Origin: Blepharisma stoltei ATCC 30299
Lineage: Eukaryota > Protista > Ciliophora
Direction of reading: 5' to 3'
Length of the DNA stretch: 64,000 nt
Assembly (NCBI GenBank): GCA_965603825.1
Contig: CBFDEM010000040.1
Coordinates: forward strand, 776,864-840,863
The number at the start of each line of letters is the position of its first letter. Position 1 is the stretch's first letter. Below are positions 62,042-64,000 of this stretch, in pieces. Made by a program: the position numbers and the translations under genes. The notes under the pieces were generated by a model that worked only from the letters and a program-made list of their open reading frames with translations, did not search any database and had not been told where the DNA came from.

Positions 62042-63272
62042 TTCATTTATCCAGACAATGAGAATCTGGCTTAAAATTATGTTTATTGCATCTTATTGCT
62101 TCAATCTTTTGAACTACTTTTCTAAGTGAGATATCCATCAGAAGAAGCAACTTCAATAATGATTTTTATGAAAAATAAGCTGGAAAACAATTTTTTAAGT
62201 ATAGAAAAAAAGCTTGGGGAGCATGAAATAGCTATCACTCTAAATAATTTTCAGATGAGAAACTCTCAAAACCCTTTTTCTAATAAAATAATACATGAGA
62301 ATAAAGGGGAGTTTGATTATTTATTGCAAGGAATAGAAGATAAAATTGAAACCCAGCAATTATCGATTAATTCCCAACTTCAAAATATTAGAGAAGAAAT
62401 AAGCAGCGTCTTTGCAAGTCTTGACGAGTGAAAGCGAGCTCAAACCTTATTCAAGCAAAGCGTTGAATTTAGACTATTAATTTGCCAAGAATTATGAGAT
62501 AAAAGAGCCACGATTTTAAATGGACCAAATGATCAGCAAAGGAGCAAGATTTCAGAAGCACGTGATCACTATATGAAAATAACTGAAGAGACCAACGCAA
62601 TTTTAATCCATTGCTTAATCAAGCTTACAAAGACTATATTGACGCTTATAATCAATCTACCTCTCTTTATCTCACTGAAAACATTAATAAAAAAACTAAT
62701 TTGTTTATTTATGACACTGAAAGAGAAGCACAAAATGTGGAAATTTTGGAGACTCCAGAGCCATTAGATGCTGGCACATGCATAGCTAGACTGCCATATA
62801 ACAGCTTGTTCTTTTATGGCAAGCAGTTTCCACTTTCTGGCATTACATTGGTATTAGATGAGTTTAAAAGAGTTCAATTAATGCCTTCAGGAACACCTTG
62901 CTATTATTCTTCAGCTCTTTATTTTGACAGAAGTGTCTTTTGTTTCGGAGGATCAAATGGTAATCATTTGGCTTTATCAGAGAGATTTGACTTTAATCAA
63001 AATTGCTGAATTAAATTAGCTGCCCTGCCAAAAGCTGATATTAAATGCCACTGCATTATACTTAATGGCAACATTTTAATTGCTGGGTAGCAGCTATATT
63101 TTGCGGTATTTCATTGAGAATAACGATTTTACGAGAATTAATTATAGATATTCAGATAGTGAAGAAAGTAATAAGAGAAAGATTTTGATATATGAAGAGA
63201 GATTGTATTTAATTGAATTTGATGGCAGGATATATGAAAGCAATCCTAGAGACGAAAATAGTTGGAGAAAAA
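62042..63272 (+). pseudogene. Kelch-type beta-propeller pseudogene truncated by the telomere
   Basis: Kelch-like LFFYG, SVFCFGG, ERFDFNQNC-W-IKLAALP, ILIAG. Frame switches and TAA/TAG stops (e.g. 63088-90); runs directly into the telomeric repeats. Confidence 0.7.
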
Positions 63273-64000
63273 TGTTAGGGTGTTAGGGTGTTAGGGTGTT
63301 AGGGTGTTAGGGTGTTAGGGTGTTAGGGTGTTAGGGTGTTAGGGTGTTAGGGTGTTAGGGTGTTAGGGTGTTAGGGTGTTAGGGTGTTAGGGTGTTAGGG
63401 TGTTAGGGTGTTAGGGTGTTAGGGTGTTAGGGTGTTAGGGTGTTAGGGTGTTAGGGTGTTAGGGTGTTAGGGTGTTAGGGTGTTAGGGTGTTAGGGTGTT
63501 AGGGTGTTAGGGTGTTAGGGTGTTAGGGTGTTAGGGTGTGTTAGGGTGTTAGGGTGTTAGGGTGTTAGGGTGTTAGGGTGTTAGGGTGTTAGGGTGTTAG
63601 GGTGTTAGGGTGTTAGGGTGTTAGGGTGTTAGGGTGTTAGGGTGTTAGGGTGTTAGGGTGTTAGGGTGTTAGGGTGTTAGGGTGTTAGGGTGTTAGGGTG
63701 TTAGGGTGTTAGGGTGTTAGGGTGTTAGGGTGTTAGGGTGTTAGGGTGTTAGGGTGTTAGGGTGTTAGGGTGTTAGGGTGTTAGGGTGTTAGGGTGTTAG
63801 GGTGTTAGGGTGTTAGGGTGTTAGGGTGTTAGGGTGTTAGGGTGTTAGGGTGTTAGGGTGTTAGGGTGTTAGGGTGTTAGGGTGTTAGGGTGTTAGGGTG
63901 TTAGGGTGTTAGGGTGTTAGGGTGTTAGGGTGTTAGGGTGTTAGGGTGTTAGGGTGTTAGGGTGTTAGGGTGTTAGGGTGTTAGGGTGTTAGGGTGTTAG
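63273..64000 (+). repeat. Telomere (TGTTAGGG)n = (CCCTAACA)n
   Basis: About 728 bp of octamer repeats to the window end, with one variant carrying an extra TG near 63539-40. Confidence 0.98.

Noticed and set aside
63273-64000. Octamer array as a CRISPR array or satellite
   Set aside because: No spacers; a G-rich strand running to the contig end matches the heterotrich telomere.
1-64000. tRNA, rRNA or SECIS elements
   Set aside because: None recognised by eye; a covariance-model scan is needed to exclude them.

Overview
This is eukaryotic, AT-rich, very gene-dense DNA: the end of a heterotrich ciliate macronuclear (somatic) chromosome, most consistent with Blepharisma. Three signals support this. 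(1) In-frame TGA repeatedly falls at invariant Trp positions, so UGA=Trp and only TAA/TAG are stops; the supplied ORF track therefore splits many genes. (2) Fifteen inferred 15-16 nt GT..AG introns all have an A six bases from the 3' end. (3) A (TGTTAGGG)n telomere runs from 63273 to the window end. After re-joining ORFs I find about 40 genes, including a P4-ATPase, USP, cyclin, calcyphosin-like EF-hand protein, POC1, polyprenyl synthase, YME1/FtsH, EFL1, an Aurora-like kinase, VTI1, UBC6, SepSecS, LysA and an SCP phosphatase. There is also a duplicated POC1 5' pseudogene and a Kelch pseudogene cut by telomere addition. Most notable: a prokaryote-type DUF62 SAM hydrolase, a double Venus-flytrap ~9-TM orphan receptor, SepSecS in a UGA=Trp genome, a diaminopimelate decarboxylase, a lipidated DUF4430-like protein, a half-length METTL13 and intergenic spacers of 15-30 bp. 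All family assignments come from motif recognition by eye; no searches were run.
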